64,000 bases of DNA from Alphaproteobacteria bacterium (GCA_963422645.2 CAXXVO010000007.1:416001-480000); one strand, 5' to 3'; positions 39,920 through 50,385 are shown, counted from the stretch's first letter. A program made the numbers and translations. Notes: a model not told the origin generated them from the sequence alone.

Positions 39920-41005
39920 ATGGCGATCACCGCTGATCCCCCGTCAACGGCACCGGACCTGCTGAGTGCGGATGGCTCGGGAACGCCCGCCGACAACACA
40001 ATGCTCGAGGAGACGGCCGACGCGGCCAGAACGAAGATCGTCGACTGGGCCGACACTGTGTACGAGCGAACGACTGCGTCGGATTCAACCGATACGTTCG
40101 TGATTTACAGCAACAAGGGCGGGCCAACGCCCACGGCGTTTCACATGGTCCACCCGCTCGACAGCAATGGGGCGTTGGTCCTCGACAACTCGAAATTGGG
40201 GTTGGTCAGCGGCGTGGCCGGGTTCCCGTCGGCAGTCAATCAGGTGGACGTGCCGTTCATGGACGACGATGAGTTCACGGGCATGTTCGACGATGCGCCG
40301 GGCACCTACACGTGCGTCTCGATGTGCACCCTCTCAACCGATGTGGACGGCGAGTTGGTCGACGTCGACGGCGATTGGCAGTTTGCGCCCGATGACGACG
40401 AGTTCCCGGTGCCGGTGGACGACAGCGACTACGTCCATTTCGGCTATTGGATGAATGAGTCAGGAGAAGACGACCAGCCCGTCATCATGGCGGCCGCCAT
40501 CGCCGGCGGAACCGCCGAGTCCGCGATCGGCACCGTTCAAGACCTGGAAGGCCACGCGACCTACACCGGGGCGGCGACAGGTCTCTATGTGATCAGGACC
40601 TACACGCTGGACGGTGATATCGATAGCCGAAGGGGCGGACAGTTCACCGCCGACGCGATGCTGACGGCCTACTTCGGCGGTGACGACGTGGCGGTCAACA
40701 AACATTACTCGATCGTTGGCTCGATCAAGGACTTCGTGGACCGGCACGGTAGAGCCATCGACTCCAGCTGGACTGTGGACCTGGCAGCGCAGTTCGGCAG
40801 CCAACAGGGCGCCATGTTCGAAGGAGATACCGTGGGCGACACAGTCGAAGGTACGGGCTCCTGGGATGGCCGGTTCTTCGGGCCCAGCAACGCCGCGACG
40901 CCCGGCAATCAGTCCACGTTCCCGAGCGCCGTGGCTGGCACCTTCGACGCTCAGTTCACCAACGGCGCCGTCATCGGCGCCTTCGGCGCGGTGAACGACG
41001 AGTAG
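39920..41005 (+). CDS. Acidic transferrin-binding-protein (TbpB)-like beta-barrel surface protein, probably N-truncated
   Basis: FGYW, ATYTGAATGLYV, GQFTADA, GSWDGRFFG, VAGTFDA, GAFGA; no signal peptide or lipobox. Confidence 0.6.
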   Translation: MAITADPPSTAPDLLSADGSGTPADNTMLEETADAARTKIVDWADTVYERTTASDSTDTFVIYSNKGGPTPTAFHMVHPLDSNGALVLDNSKLGLVSGVAGFPSAVNQVDVPFMDDDEFTGMFDDAPGTYTCVSMCTLSTDVDGELVDVDGDWQFAPDDDEFPVPVDDSDYVHFGYWMNESGEDDQPVIMAAAIAGGTAESAIGTVQDLEGHATYTGAATGLYVIRTYTLDGDIDSRRGGQFTADAMLTAYFGGDDVAVNKHYSIVGSIKDFVDRHGRAIDSSWTVDLAAQFGSQQGAMFEGDTVGDTVEGTGSWDGRFFGPSNAATPGNQSTFPSAVAGTFDAQFTNGAVIGAFGAVNDE

Positions 41006-41073
41006 CGCAGACGGAGCGGGCGCGCGACGGCGAAGACGTCAATTGATCCCGACGGCGCCTTTCGCCCCTCTCT

Positions 41074-41832
41074 TCAGTACCGCCCCACGGTAACCCCGCC
41101 ATCGACGATGATGGTCTGGCCGCTGACATAGCGCGCGCCGTCGGAGCAGAGGAAGAAGATCACGTCGGCGATGTCGTCCGCTTCGCCGTAGCGGCCGAGC
41201 GGGATGTACTCGGCGGCTGCCTCCAGCCCCGCGAGCCCGAGCGAGTGCACGGTCGAGAGCGCCTGCGCGGTCTTGATGAAGCCGGGTGCGATGCCGTTGA
41301 CTCGGATGCCGTCGCCGCCCAGGTCGCAGGCCATGCCGCGCACCAGCCCGACCACGCCGGACTTGGCCGCGTTGTACTGCACGTGATCGTGCCAGCCCCA
41401 GGTGGTGCCCATCACCGAGGAGACGGCCACCATCGCGCCGCGCTTTGCCTCGCGCATCCCCGGCGCCGCGGCGCGCAGCAGGCGGAACACGCCTGAGAGG
41501 TCGACATCGAGGGTGTGGTTCCATTTCTCGTCGCTCATCTCGGTGAGCGACACCTTGTGAGCGATACCGGCATTGGCGACCACGACGTCCAGAGCGCCAG
41601 TGGCGGCCTCGGCAGCCGCGACCGCATCGTTCACATTGGCGCTGTCGGTCACGTCCACATGGCTGAAGCTCGCGCTGCCGCCTTCCGCCTCGATCGCAGC
41701 GACGGTTCCCTGCCCTTCCTCGTCTAGCAGGTCGGTGACGTAGACGTGATATCCGGCCCGGCCGAAGGCCAGGCCCGTGGCCTTGCCGATGCCGATTCCG
41801 GCGCCCGTAATCATGACTGTCGGCTTGCTCAT
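41074..41832 (-). CDS. Short-chain dehydrogenase/reductase
   Basis: TGAGIGIG, NAG, YNAAK, PGFIKT. Confidence 0.93.
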   Translation of the reverse strand: MSKPTVMITGAGIGIGKATGLAFGRAGYHVYVTDLLDEEGQGTVAAIEAEGGSASFSHVDVTDSANVNDAVAAAEAATGALDVVVANAGIAHKVSLTEMSDEKWNHTLDVDLSGVFRLLRAAAPGMREAKRGAMVAVSSVMGTTWGWHDHVQYNAAKSGVVGLVRGMACDLGGDGIRVNGIAPGFIKTAQALSTVHSLGLAGLEAAAEYIPLGRYGEADDIADVIFFLCSDGARYVSGQTIIVDGGVTVGRY

Positions 41833-41913
41833 GTAAGACTCCCGTGCCCGCGCGTTGGTGTGAGTTCGGCCCCCTGATAGTGCATATCCCCGGCACTCTC
41901 AACGCGCCGGGAG

Positions 41914-43038
41914 CTAACCTGGGATCAGCACGCTCTGGCCGGTGGTGCGCCTTGCTTCGAGGTCGCGATGGGCGTCTGCTGCATCGGCGAGCGCATAGCG
42001 CCGCTCGACAAGGGGGGCGACCGCCCCGCTCTCCAGCACCTCGAAGAGCGCCCTGGCGCGGGCCTGGAGCGCCGCCGGCGTGTCGTTCTCCTGGAAGAGG
42101 CCTGGGCGCACGACTCTGATGGACTTCGCCGCCGCTGCGGCAAGCGCGCTCTGCGAAGGAGCGCCCGATGAGCTGCCGTAGAGCACCAGCGTGCCGCCGG
42201 GGCGAAGGCAGGCGACCGAGGCCTCGGCGGTATCCCGACCGACGGAATCGTAGACCGCGGCAAGCCCCTCGCCACCGGTGAGCGCCGTGACGCGGGCCGC
42301 AACGTCCTCCCGCCGGTAGTCGATGGCGTGGCGGCAGCCGTGGGCTTCGGCGAGCCTGCGCTTCTCGTCGCTGCCGGCGCAGCCGATGACGGTGGCGCCC
42401 GTATGCGCGAGCCATTGGCAGAGCAGCAGGCCGGTGCCGCCCGCCGCCGCATGGACCAGCACGGCATCGCCCGGCTGCACCGCGCCGCTCTTGTGGACCA
42501 GGTATTCCGCGGTCATGCCCTTGAGCATGGTGGCGGCGGCCTGCTCGAAGCCGATGGCGTCGGGCAGTCTGACCAGCGCATCGGCCGCGATGGTGCGAAG
42601 CCCCGCATAGGCGCCGGGCGGGGCGCTCGCGTAGGCAACGCGGTCGCCCTCCTTGAGCGTCGTCACCGCGCCGCCGACGGCCTCGACCATGCCCGCGCCC
42701 TCGAAGCCGATGACCCAGGGCAGCCCCGGCGAGGGGAAGGTGCCGCGCCGCTGATAGGTGTCGAGGAAGTTGAGGCCGATCGCCCGCTGCGCAATTCGTA
42801 CCTCGGTGGCGCCGGGGTCCGGCACCCAGAGATCCTCGACGCGCAGCACCTCCGGCCCGCCGGCCTCGTGCATCCGCACGGCTTGGGTCTTGACCGGAAG
42901 CCGGGTCCGAGCGCGGTGCTTCTGCCCGTACATCGTGGTGAAGATGCGGGTGAACTGGCGCTCGCGGGTGTGGATCGCGCTGAGGGGCACGGCTTGTGCC
43001 GCTGGGGTTGGAGGCTCGACAGACGTTAGCGTGGTCAT
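41914..43038 (-). CDS. NADPH:quinone oxidoreductase (MDR family)
   Basis: GGPEVL, GLNFLD, GFEGAG, LKGMTA, AAAGGTG, YDSVG. The real start may be about 50 codons downstream. Confidence 0.9.
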   Translation of the reverse strand: MTTLTSVEPPTPAAQAVPLSAIHTRERQFTRIFTTMYGQKHRARTRLPVKTQAVRMHEAGGPEVLRVEDLWVPDPGATEVRIAQRAIGLNFLDTYQRRGTFPSPGLPWVIGFEGAGMVEAVGGAVTTLKEGDRVAYASAPPGAYAGLRTIAADALVRLPDAIGFEQAAATMLKGMTAEYLVHKSGAVQPGDAVLVHAAAGGTGLLLCQWLAHTGATVIGCAGSDEKRRLAEAHGCRHAIDYRREDVAARVTALTGGEGLAAVYDSVGRDTAEASVACLRPGGTLVLYGSSSGAPSQSALAAAAAKSIRVVRPGLFQENDTPAALQARARALFEVLESGAVAPLVERRYALADAADAHRDLEARRTTGQSVLIPG

Positions 43039-43063
43039 TGTGCGGCGCGCTCGAGGTGCAGGG

Positions 43064-43858
43064 TCAGATCCGGGGCAGGTCGGCGCCCCCCGTCACGTTG
43101 AGGTTGGCGCCGGTGATGAAGCTGCCGGCATCCGAACACAGCAGGAGCGCGGCACCCGCGAGGTCCTCCGGCAGTCCGGCGCGTCCCATCGGGCTCGCCC
43201 GCTCGATCGTCGCCTGCCACTCGGCTTTGGAGTGCTGCAGAAAACGGTTGCGATCCGTATCGATCAGGCCCGGGGAGAGGTTGTTGATGGTGACCCCCGA
43301 CTTGTCGTATTCGCGGCTCAAATTCACGACCAGGTTGTACTGGGCGCTCTTCAGCCCCGCATAGACCGCGAGCTCGATCATCGGGGCGGACTGCTGCACG
43401 CTGCCGATGGTCAAGACCCGGCCCCAGCCGCGTTCCGCCATCGGGGGCAGCGCGCGCTGGAGGAGCTGGATGGGCATGCGGTAATTCATCCGGCATTGCA
43501 GGTCGATCTGCTCGGCCGTCACCTCGTCGAAGGCGCAGGGGATCTGGATGTTGGCGTTGCTCACAAGGATATCGACGCGCCCCAGCGCCGAGACCGCCCG
43601 GTCGAACGCATCGAATACGGCGCCGTCGACCGAGAGGTCGCCTTCGATCGCGAAGGCTTCGACCCCGTGGGATCTCGCCTCGTCGACCAGGTCTCGCGCA
43701 GCGTCCGGAAAGCCCACCTCGGCATCGAAGGCCGAGGTGTGGTTGATCGCGACGTCGGCGCCCTGCTCGGCCAACGCGAGCGCGATGGCGCGGCCGATTC
43801 CCCGGCTCGCCCCGGTAACGAATGCGGTTCGACCGGAAACATCGAAACGGTCCTTCAA
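43064..43858 (-). CDS. Short-chain dehydrogenase/reductase
   Basis: TGASRGIG, YAGLK, PGLIDT; GAGGAGGAG RBS before TTG 43858. Confidence 0.9.
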   Translation of the reverse strand: MKDRFDVSGRTAFVTGASRGIGRAIALALAEQGADVAINHTSAFDAEVGFPDAARDLVDEARSHGVEAFAIEGDLSVDGAVFDAFDRAVSALGRVDILVSNANIQIPCAFDEVTAEQIDLQCRMNYRMPIQLLQRALPPMAERGWGRVLTIGSVQQSAPMIELAVYAGLKSAQYNLVVNLSREYDKSGVTINNLSPGLIDTDRNRFLQHSKAEWQATIERASPMGRAGLPEDLAGAALLLCSDAGSFITGANLNVTGGADLPRI

Positions 43859-44024
43859 GCTCTCCTCCTCTCGGCGGCCCTGAGACAAGCTCCAGTATGC
43901 CACACCGTCCGAGCCATCGACCTACAGCCTGACCACGCTTAGCGTCCCTGGTTCCGCCGCTGCGGAGCCGAAAGCTCGACGGTCGTCGGCGTATTCATCG
44001 GGCGCCGCGCTCGCCCCGGCGTGT

Positions 44025-44477
44025 TCAGGCGGTTTCGGGGAAGCGCTCGCCGCCTTCAGGCGCGCGGCCCGGCAGCCAGGTCTCGTGGACGTGCAGCCAC
44101 GTCACGCCGCAGGGCGTCGCCTCCGCGCGGCGGAAGAGCGCCGTCGAGAGACGCGCCGATTCCGCGCCCTGCCGCCGGTGCCACTCTTCGTAGGTGACCA
44201 GCGCATGATCGCCCACGGCCCAGCGGCAGCGAAAATTCTCGATCCAGATCTCGAATGCGTCGGCGTCGGCGGCGAGCTCTCCGTGCAGCCCTTCGAACTC
44301 GGTGACCAGCGCCTCCCGCCCGGTCACCGTCCCACGCGGGCCGATGACCTCGAGCCCATCGCCCATCACGCCGGAAAAGCGGGCGAAGCTCTCGGCTGTG
44401 CGCGGCACCGCACCGGCCAGCCAATCCCGCAGGAAGGCATGGAACCCCCGCACCTCCCCCTCGCAGTTCTTCTCCAT
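44025..44477 (-). CDS. NTF2-like/DUF4440-like protein
   Basis: FLRDWLAG...VTYEEW...STALF...WLHVHETW; GGAGG RBS. Confidence 0.6.
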   Translation of the reverse strand: MEKNCEGEVRGFHAFLRDWLAGAVPRTAESFARFSGVMGDGLEVIGPRGTVTGREALVTEFEGLHGELAADADAFEIWIENFRCRWAVGDHALVTYEEWHRRQGAESARLSTALFRRAEATPCGVTWLHVHETWLPGRAPEGGERFPETA

Positions 44478-44626
44478 CCTCAGGCCTCCGCTTCGGCAAA
44501 GATCGTAACTGTGCGCCGCAGATGGGGTAGTGTGGGGCAGCGGATATCGCGCGGCAACGGTCCGGCCCGGCCGATCAAGGGAGCGCCGTGGTGCCGGCAC
44601 CGACCGCGCCTATAAGGGAGGCAACC

Positions 44627-46075
44627 ATGTCGACGCTGATCAGGGGCGGCACGGTGGTGACCGCAGACGAGCGCTACCCGGCCGATGTCTATTGCGCGGA
44701 CGGCAAGATTCAGGAGATCGGGACCGGCCTCGACGTGCCCGCGGGCACGGCGACGGTCGATGCCGGAGAGGCGCTGGTCATGCCAGGAGGCATCGACCCC
44801 CACACCCATATGGAAACGCCCTTCATGGATACCGTGACTGGCGATGACTTCTATACCGGCCCCGCCGCCGGGCTCTCGGGCGGCACCACCATGATCATCG
44901 ACTTCGTCATCCCGGCGCCCGACCAGCGGCCGATGGACGCCTACCGCATCTGGCAGCAGCGCGCGGCGAAGGCGCCGTCGGACTATTCCTTCCACGTCGC
45001 GATCACCAACTGGAACGACGAGATTCACGAGGATATGGAGACGCTGACCCGCGATCACGGCGTCAACAGCTTCAAGCACTTCATGGCCTACAAGGGCGAG
45101 GTCATGCTCGACGCGGAGAAGATGATGAACAGCTTCGCGCGGGCGCGGGATCTCGGCGCGCTCTGCACCGTTCACTGCGAGGACGGCCATCTGGTCTGGA
45201 TGATGCAGCAGGAGCTGCTCAAGGCCGGCGTCACCGGGCCGGAGGGCCACCCCCAGTCGCGCCCGCCCGAGGTCGAGGGCGAGGCGACCAACCGCGCGAT
45301 CCGCATCGCCCAGCTGCTCAAGGCGCCGATCTACATCGTCCACGTGACCTGCCGGGAGTCGCTGGAGGCGATCACGCGCGCGCGCCTGGAGGGGCAGCGG
45401 GTCTATGGCGAGTGTCTGGCGCAGCACCTGGTGATCGACGATAGCGTCTATTACGACCCCGACCCGGAGGTCGCCCGCGGCTACGTGATGAGCCCGCCCT
45501 TCCGGCCCAAGGACCATCAGGAGGACCTCTGGCGCGGCCTGCAATCGGGCAACCTGCAGACCACGGCGACCGATCACTGCGCCTACTGCAACTGGCAGAA
45601 GGAGAAGGGCAAGGATGACTTTTCCAGGATCCCGAACGGCACCAGCGGCATCGAGGACCGCATGTCGGTGCTCTGGGACCAGGGCGTCGAGACCGGCCGG
45701 ATCACGGCCAACGAGTACGTCGCGATCACGTCGGCCAACGCCGCGAAGATTTTCAACGTCTATCCGCGCAAGGGGGCGATCAAGGTGGGCGCGGACGCGG
45801 ACATCGTTGTCTGGGACCCCAAGGCCACGCGCACGATCTCGGCCAAGACCCATCTCCAGAACAACGATTTCAATATCTATGAGGGGATGACCGTGACCGG
45901 CGTCGCCCGCGCCACCGTGAGCCGGGGCCGGCACGTGTGGGACGGCTCGGAGATCCGCGCCGACCAGGGCGACGGCGCCTACGTCGAGCGGCCGACCTTC
46001 CCGGCCGTGTTCGACGCCGTGAACACGCTGCGCGCCCGCCACCCCTTCCGCAGCGTCGATCGCCCGGCCGGCTAG
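44627..46075 (+). CDS. hydA: Dihydropyrimidinase/D-hydantoinase
   Basis: PGGIDPHTH, SFKHFMAYK, VHCEDG, SRPPEVEGEA, MSPPFR, TDHC, IPNG. Confidence 0.93.
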   Translation: MSTLIRGGTVVTADERYPADVYCADGKIQEIGTGLDVPAGTATVDAGEALVMPGGIDPHTHMETPFMDTVTGDDFYTGPAAGLSGGTTMIIDFVIPAPDQRPMDAYRIWQQRAAKAPSDYSFHVAITNWNDEIHEDMETLTRDHGVNSFKHFMAYKGEVMLDAEKMMNSFARARDLGALCTVHCEDGHLVWMMQQELLKAGVTGPEGHPQSRPPEVEGEATNRAIRIAQLLKAPIYIVHVTCRESLEAITRARLEGQRVYGECLAQHLVIDDSVYYDPDPEVARGYVMSPPFRPKDHQEDLWRGLQSGNLQTTATDHCAYCNWQKEKGKDDFSRIPNGTSGIEDRMSVLWDQGVETGRITANEYVAITSANAAKIFNVYPRKGAIKVGADADIVVWDPKATRTISAKTHLQNNDFNIYEGMTVTGVARATVSRGRHVWDGSEIRADQGDGAYVERPTFPAVFDAVNTLRARHPFRSVDRPAG

Positions 46076-46198
46076 AGCGCGTCCGTCTTTGACCGACGCG
46101 CGACAGGCCGCGACCGCGGCCCGCCGCGAATGCGGCGCCCTCGCGGAGGCGCCGGCCACAGGCCGGCTGCCGTGAGCGACAAATTGCTGGAGCCCTTC

Positions 46199-47503
46199 TT
46201 AGACGGCTGCGCTCCAGCTCCGTTCGCAGACGATCTCCGGGTCCTCCCTGAACACCTTGAGCGGCGAGCAGGGCGGCGGGACCGAGATCGCCTGAATCAC
46301 GGTCAGGGGCTCGCGCAGGTAGTCGCCGAGCGCGCAGTCTTCGGCGCTCCGCTCCGGGGTTTCGATATGCGTGCCCAGGCGGCGGCCGAAGCGGACCAGG
46401 GCGCGGCCGTAGCGGGTCCGCTCCTCGTCGTAGGCCGAAAGCGCGCTCCCGAGATCGCCAGGATGGGCCTCGATGGCCCGGGTGAGGCAGTTCGCATCGC
46501 CGGTCGCCTTGACCACGCCCATGCCGGTGTGGGGCCTGGCGGAGAACGCCGAATCGCCCAGCATGGCGACGCGCCCCTGCACCATCCGGGGCACCTCCAG
46601 GTCCACGATGGTCTGGAAGAAGAGCCCTTCCGCCAGGCTCATCGGCTCCGCGAGCGAAGGCGGCAGGCGCTCGGCCGCCGTTCGATGGACCTCATCGATG
46701 AACGAAGGGAGGATAAGGTGCGGCGCGATCCCCCCCTCGTGATAGTGGCCGGTGGCGTCGGTCTGCATCCGCCGCAGCTTCTCGGCCGGGGTCAGCGTGT
46801 ACCAGACGATGTTGAAGCGGCGCTTGCCGGGGCTCAGCTCGCCCTCCGGGCCCGCCACCGGGTAGGCGACCACGTGCTCGCCGGGCGGCAGGTAGACGAT
46901 GAAATGCGACATCAGCATGTCGCGCCACTCGGCCGAGAGCCGGTTCTCGTCGACGATGCCGCGCCAGGCGACATAGCCCGCGTACTGCGGCGCCGCATCC
47001 GGCCAGACCTGGGGGCGAACTGTGGAGCGCACGCCGTCGGCGCCGATCAGAAGATCGGCCTCGATGCTGGTGCCGTCGGCGAAGTGCGCAAGCACGCCCT
47101 CGCCGTGGGGCTCGAAGCCTGTAAAGTTGGCGCCAGAGATGTAGCGCTCGCCGGGAAAGTTGCTGCGCAGCAGGCCGAATAGATGCCCCCAGGACGCCTG
47201 GATCTGCGGCAGGCGGTAGCGCGCGAGAATGCTGCCGTCGGCGCCGAGGGTGATGCGCTCCTCGAGCCTCACGCCATAGGCCTCGTCGATGGACAGCCCC
47301 AGGCTCTCGAGCGCGGCGTGAAGCTCCGGGTGGGTCGCGATGCCGACGCCCCGCTCGGCAAGCTCGGTGCCGATCCGCTCGTGCACCGTCACGTCGCAGC
47401 CGGCGCGGTAGAGCATGTTGCCGGCGAGCAAGCCGCCCATCGACCCGCCGACGACAACCACGCGGGGGCTTCGGGCACCTTGCCCGACAGAACCCTTTGT
47501 CAT
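46199..47503 (-). CDS. FAD monooxygenase, 2,6-dihydroxypyridine 3-hydroxylase-like
   Basis: VVGGSMGG, GADG, YAGYVAWRG, RFNIVWY, GD.A...RPH..G..KA. Confidence 0.75.
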   Translation of the reverse strand: MTKGSVGQGARSPRVVVVGGSMGGLLAGNMLYRAGCDVTVHERIGTELAERGVGIATHPELHAALESLGLSIDEAYGVRLEERITLGADGSILARYRLPQIQASWGHLFGLLRSNFPGERYISGANFTGFEPHGEGVLAHFADGTSIEADLLIGADGVRSTVRPQVWPDAAPQYAGYVAWRGIVDENRLSAEWRDMLMSHFIVYLPPGEHVVAYPVAGPEGELSPGKRRFNIVWYTLTPAEKLRRMQTDATGHYHEGGIAPHLILPSFIDEVHRTAAERLPPSLAEPMSLAEGLFFQTIVDLEVPRMVQGRVAMLGDSAFSARPHTGMGVVKATGDANCLTRAIEAHPGDLGSALSAYDEERTRYGRALVRFGRRLGTHIETPERSAEDCALGDYLREPLTVIQAISVPPPCSPLKVFREDPEIVCERSWSAAV

Positions 47504-47774
47504 GGAAACTGACTCCGTTCCAAGCGTTACTTACCGCTCGGGCGGGCGGCCCCGAAGCCGGCCCGCCGCGAACGAATTTCCGGGCACAAGCCTACGCCAT
47601 GCGCGCGCCGCTCGCCATTCGGCAGCGTGCGTGCCGGCTCTCTTGCGCCACACTTTTCCTTCACACGCCTCGCGGTATACCCTCTCCGCGATTGCCCACC
47701 GGGGCGTCGATTACAGGGGTCTGGGCGCCGGCCTGGTCCCAAAGCGTGTCGCGAGCGAGAGGGAGTGGGGGCTT

Positions 47775-48086
47775 ATGCATCTCACTGTGCGGGAAGAAGA
47801 ACGGATACAGATTTGGGCCGCGGCGGAGATGGCCAGGCGGCGTCTCGATCGGGGCGTCAAGCTGAACTACCCCGAGGCGATCGCTCTGATCTGCGACGAG
47901 ATTCTCGAGCGGGCGCGCGAGGGCAGCATCCCGATGCTGACCGACATGATGGAATACGGCGCCACCATCCTGAAGCGGGACGACGTGATGACCGGCGTGC
48001 CCGAGATGATGAAGATCGTCCAGGTCGAGGCCATGTTCCCGGACGGGACGAAGCTCGTCACGGTGATGAACCCGATCCGCGAGTAG
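47775..48086 (+). CDS. ureA: Urease gamma subunit
   Basis: MHLTVREEE, LNYPEAIA, QVEAMFPDGTKLVTV. Confidence 0.93.
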   Translation: MHLTVREEERIQIWAAAEMARRRLDRGVKLNYPEAIALICDEILERAREGSIPMLTDMMEYGATILKRDDVMTGVPEMMKIVQVEAMFPDGTKLVTVMNPIRE

Positions 48087-48111
48087 CGCGGGCCAAGCGT
48101 GGAGAAGAGCC

Positions 48112-48621
48112 ATGGCTGAGAGAAAATGGAGCCCGCCGCCTATCCCGGAATCGATCGTGCCGGACGAGGCGTTCGAGGTGGGCGAGCCGGAGAAGTGCGG
48201 CGCCATCGACTTCGCCGACGACGACATCGAGATCAATGCCGGTCGCCCCGCGATAGAGGTCGTCATGGTCAACACCGGCGACCGCCCGATCCAGATCGGC
48301 GCCCACTACCACCTCGCCGAGTGCAACAGGGCGATGGCCTTCGACCGGGCGGCCGCCTTCGGCATGCGCCTCGACGTGCCGAGCGGCAGCGCCGTGCGCT
48401 TCGAGCCCGGCCAGAGCCGCAAGGTGCAGATCACCGGCTACGTCGGCCGCCAGGTCGCCTACGGCATGAACAACATGACCAACGGCTCGGTCCGCTCCGG
48501 CATCATCAAGGAGCAGACCATGCGTCGCCTCAGGGCCGAGGGCTATTGCTTCGAGGGCGAGCGTTTTCCGGTGCAAACGCCGCCCGACGAGAAGTTCGGC
48601 GGCGGCAAGGACGGCGACTGA
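48112..48621 (+). CDS. ureB: Urease beta subunit with N-terminal extension
   Basis: NTGDRPIQIGAHYH, GMRLDVPSGSAVRFEPG. Confidence 0.92.
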   Translation: MAERKWSPPPIPESIVPDEAFEVGEPEKCGAIDFADDDIEINAGRPAIEVVMVNTGDRPIQIGAHYHLAECNRAMAFDRAAAFGMRLDVPSGSAVRFEPGQSRKVQITGYVGRQVAYGMNNMTNGSVRSGIIKEQTMRRLRAEGYCFEGERFPVQTPPDEKFGGGKDGD

Positions 48622-48678
48622 GGTTGGCAGCGCCGGCCTGAGAAGGCGCCGGCCGCGCCAGGAGTGGGGAAGCAAAGC

Positions 48679-50385
48679 ATGAGCATGAAGATCGCCCGCC
48701 CGGACTACGCCGCGCAGTACGGGCCGACCACCGGAGACAAGATCCACCTCGCCGACACCGGCCTCGTGGCCGAGATCGAGCACGACTACACCACCTATGG
48801 CGACGAGTTGGTTTTCGGCGGCGGCAAGACCATCCGCGACGGCATGGGCCAGGCGTCGAAGTGGAAGCAGAGCGACGGCGGGCTCGACATGGTGATCACG
48901 AACGCCGTGATCATCGACCCCGTCCTCGGCGTCGTGAAGGGCGACATCGGGGTGCTGGACGGCGAGATCGTCGGCGTCGGCAAGGCCGGCAACCCCGACA
49001 CCATGAACATCACGCCGGGGCTCATCGTCTCGCCCAACACCGACATCCTCTCGGTGGAGGGGATGATCTGCACGCCGGGCTTCGTCGACATCCATCCCCA
49101 CTTCGATTCCGTGCAACAGCTCTACGAGTATCAGAACGCGGGCTTCACCACGGTGATCGGCGGCGGCTCGGGACCGAAGACGGTGGGCATCGAGTGCCCC
49201 GGCGTCTTCAACATCCAGCGCATGCTGGAGGCGATGGCGGACATCCCGCTCAACTTCGGCAACTTCGGCAAGGGCAACGCGGCGACGCCGGGCTCGCTGG
49301 TGGAGCAGATCCTCGCTGGCGCCACGGGGCTGAAGATCCACGAGGACTGGTCGTCCTCGCCCGCCGCCATCGAGACCACGATGGAGCTTGCGGACGAGTA
49401 CGACTTCCAGGTCCAGATCCACGCCGACACGCTGAACGAGACCGGCTACTACGAGGACACCATCGCCGCGATCAACGGCCGCGTCATGCACATCTACCAC
49501 TGCGAGGGCGCCGGCGGCGGCAACGCGCCCGACATGATGCGAGTCTGCGGCGAGCCGAACCTGCTGCCAAGCTCGACCAACCCGACCAACCCCTTCTCGA
49601 TCAACACGTACGACGAAGAGATCGACATGTTGATCACCTGCCACAACCTGAACAAGAGCGTGCCGACGGACATCGCCTTCATCCAGGGCCGCGCACGCGC
49701 GGAGACCATGCGGGCCGAGGACGTGCTGCACGACATGGGCGCGATCAGCATGATCGGCTCCGACAGCCAGGGCGTGGGCCGCGCGGCGGAGAGCGCGCAG
49801 CGCTCCTTCCAGCTCGCGGCGGTCAACAAGGTGCGCTTCGGGCGGCTCTCGGAGGACGGTTCGGGCAACGACAACTTCAGGATCAAGCGCTATCTCGCCA
49901 AGGTCACGATCAACCCCTCGATCTGCTTCGGCGTCGACTCTTACGTGGGCTCGATCACGCCGGGCAAGCTCGCGGACCTGGTGTTCTGGCGGCCCGAGTT
50001 CTTCATCGCCAAGCCCGAGGTGACGCTGAAGGGCGGCTTCATCTCGCACGCGGTGATGGGCGACCCGGCGGGCTCGCTGATGACCGGCCAGCCGCTCAAG
50101 TACCGCCCGCAGTACGGCTCCCTCGGCGTCAACCCGAAGCGGACCTGCTACTCCTTCGTGACCAAGGCGGCGCTCGACAACGGCCTCGCGGACCAGATCG
50201 AGACCCAGAGGCTGGTGCCGGTGAAGCGCTGCCGCACGATCTCCAAGCGCGACATGATCCACAACGACGCGCTGCCGGATATCGAGATCGACCCAGAGAC
50301 CTACAACGTCTACGTCGATGGCGAGCGCGTCACGGTGAAGCCGGCAAAGACCCTGCCGCTGACCCAGCTCTTCTACTTCCGCTAG
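48679..50385 (+). CDS. ureC: Urease alpha subunit, divergent
   Basis: DIHPH, GLKIHEDW, HADTLNE, YHCEGAGGG, CH flap, SDSQ; all Ni ligands present. Confidence 0.93.
   Translation: MSMKIARPDYAAQYGPTTGDKIHLADTGLVAEIEHDYTTYGDELVFGGGKTIRDGMGQASKWKQSDGGLDMVITNAVIIDPVLGVVKGDIGVLDGEIVGVGKAGNPDTMNITPGLIVSPNTDILSVEGMICTPGFVDIHPHFDSVQQLYEYQNAGFTTVIGGGSGPKTVGIECPGVFNIQRMLEAMADIPLNFGNFGKGNAATPGSLVEQILAGATGLKIHEDWSSSPAAIETTMELADEYDFQVQIHADTLNETGYYEDTIAAINGRVMHIYHCEGAGGGNAPDMMRVCGEPNLLPSSTNPTNPFSINTYDEEIDMLITCHNLNKSVPTDIAFIQGRARAETMRAEDVLHDMGAISMIGSDSQGVGRAAESAQRSFQLAAVNKVRFGRLSEDGSGNDNFRIKRYLAKVTINPSICFGVDSYVGSITPGKLADLVFWRPEFFIAKPEVTLKGGFISHAVMGDPAGSLMTGQPLKYRPQYGSLGVNPKRTCYSFVTKAALDNGLADQIETQRLVPVKRCRTISKRDMIHNDALPDIEIDPETYNVYVDGERVTVKPAKTLPLTQLFYFR

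Noticed and set aside
47504-47774. Guanidine riboswitch or sigma54 promoter upstream of ureA
   Set aside because: No ykkC-type consensus and no proper TGGCAC-N5-TTGC motif found.
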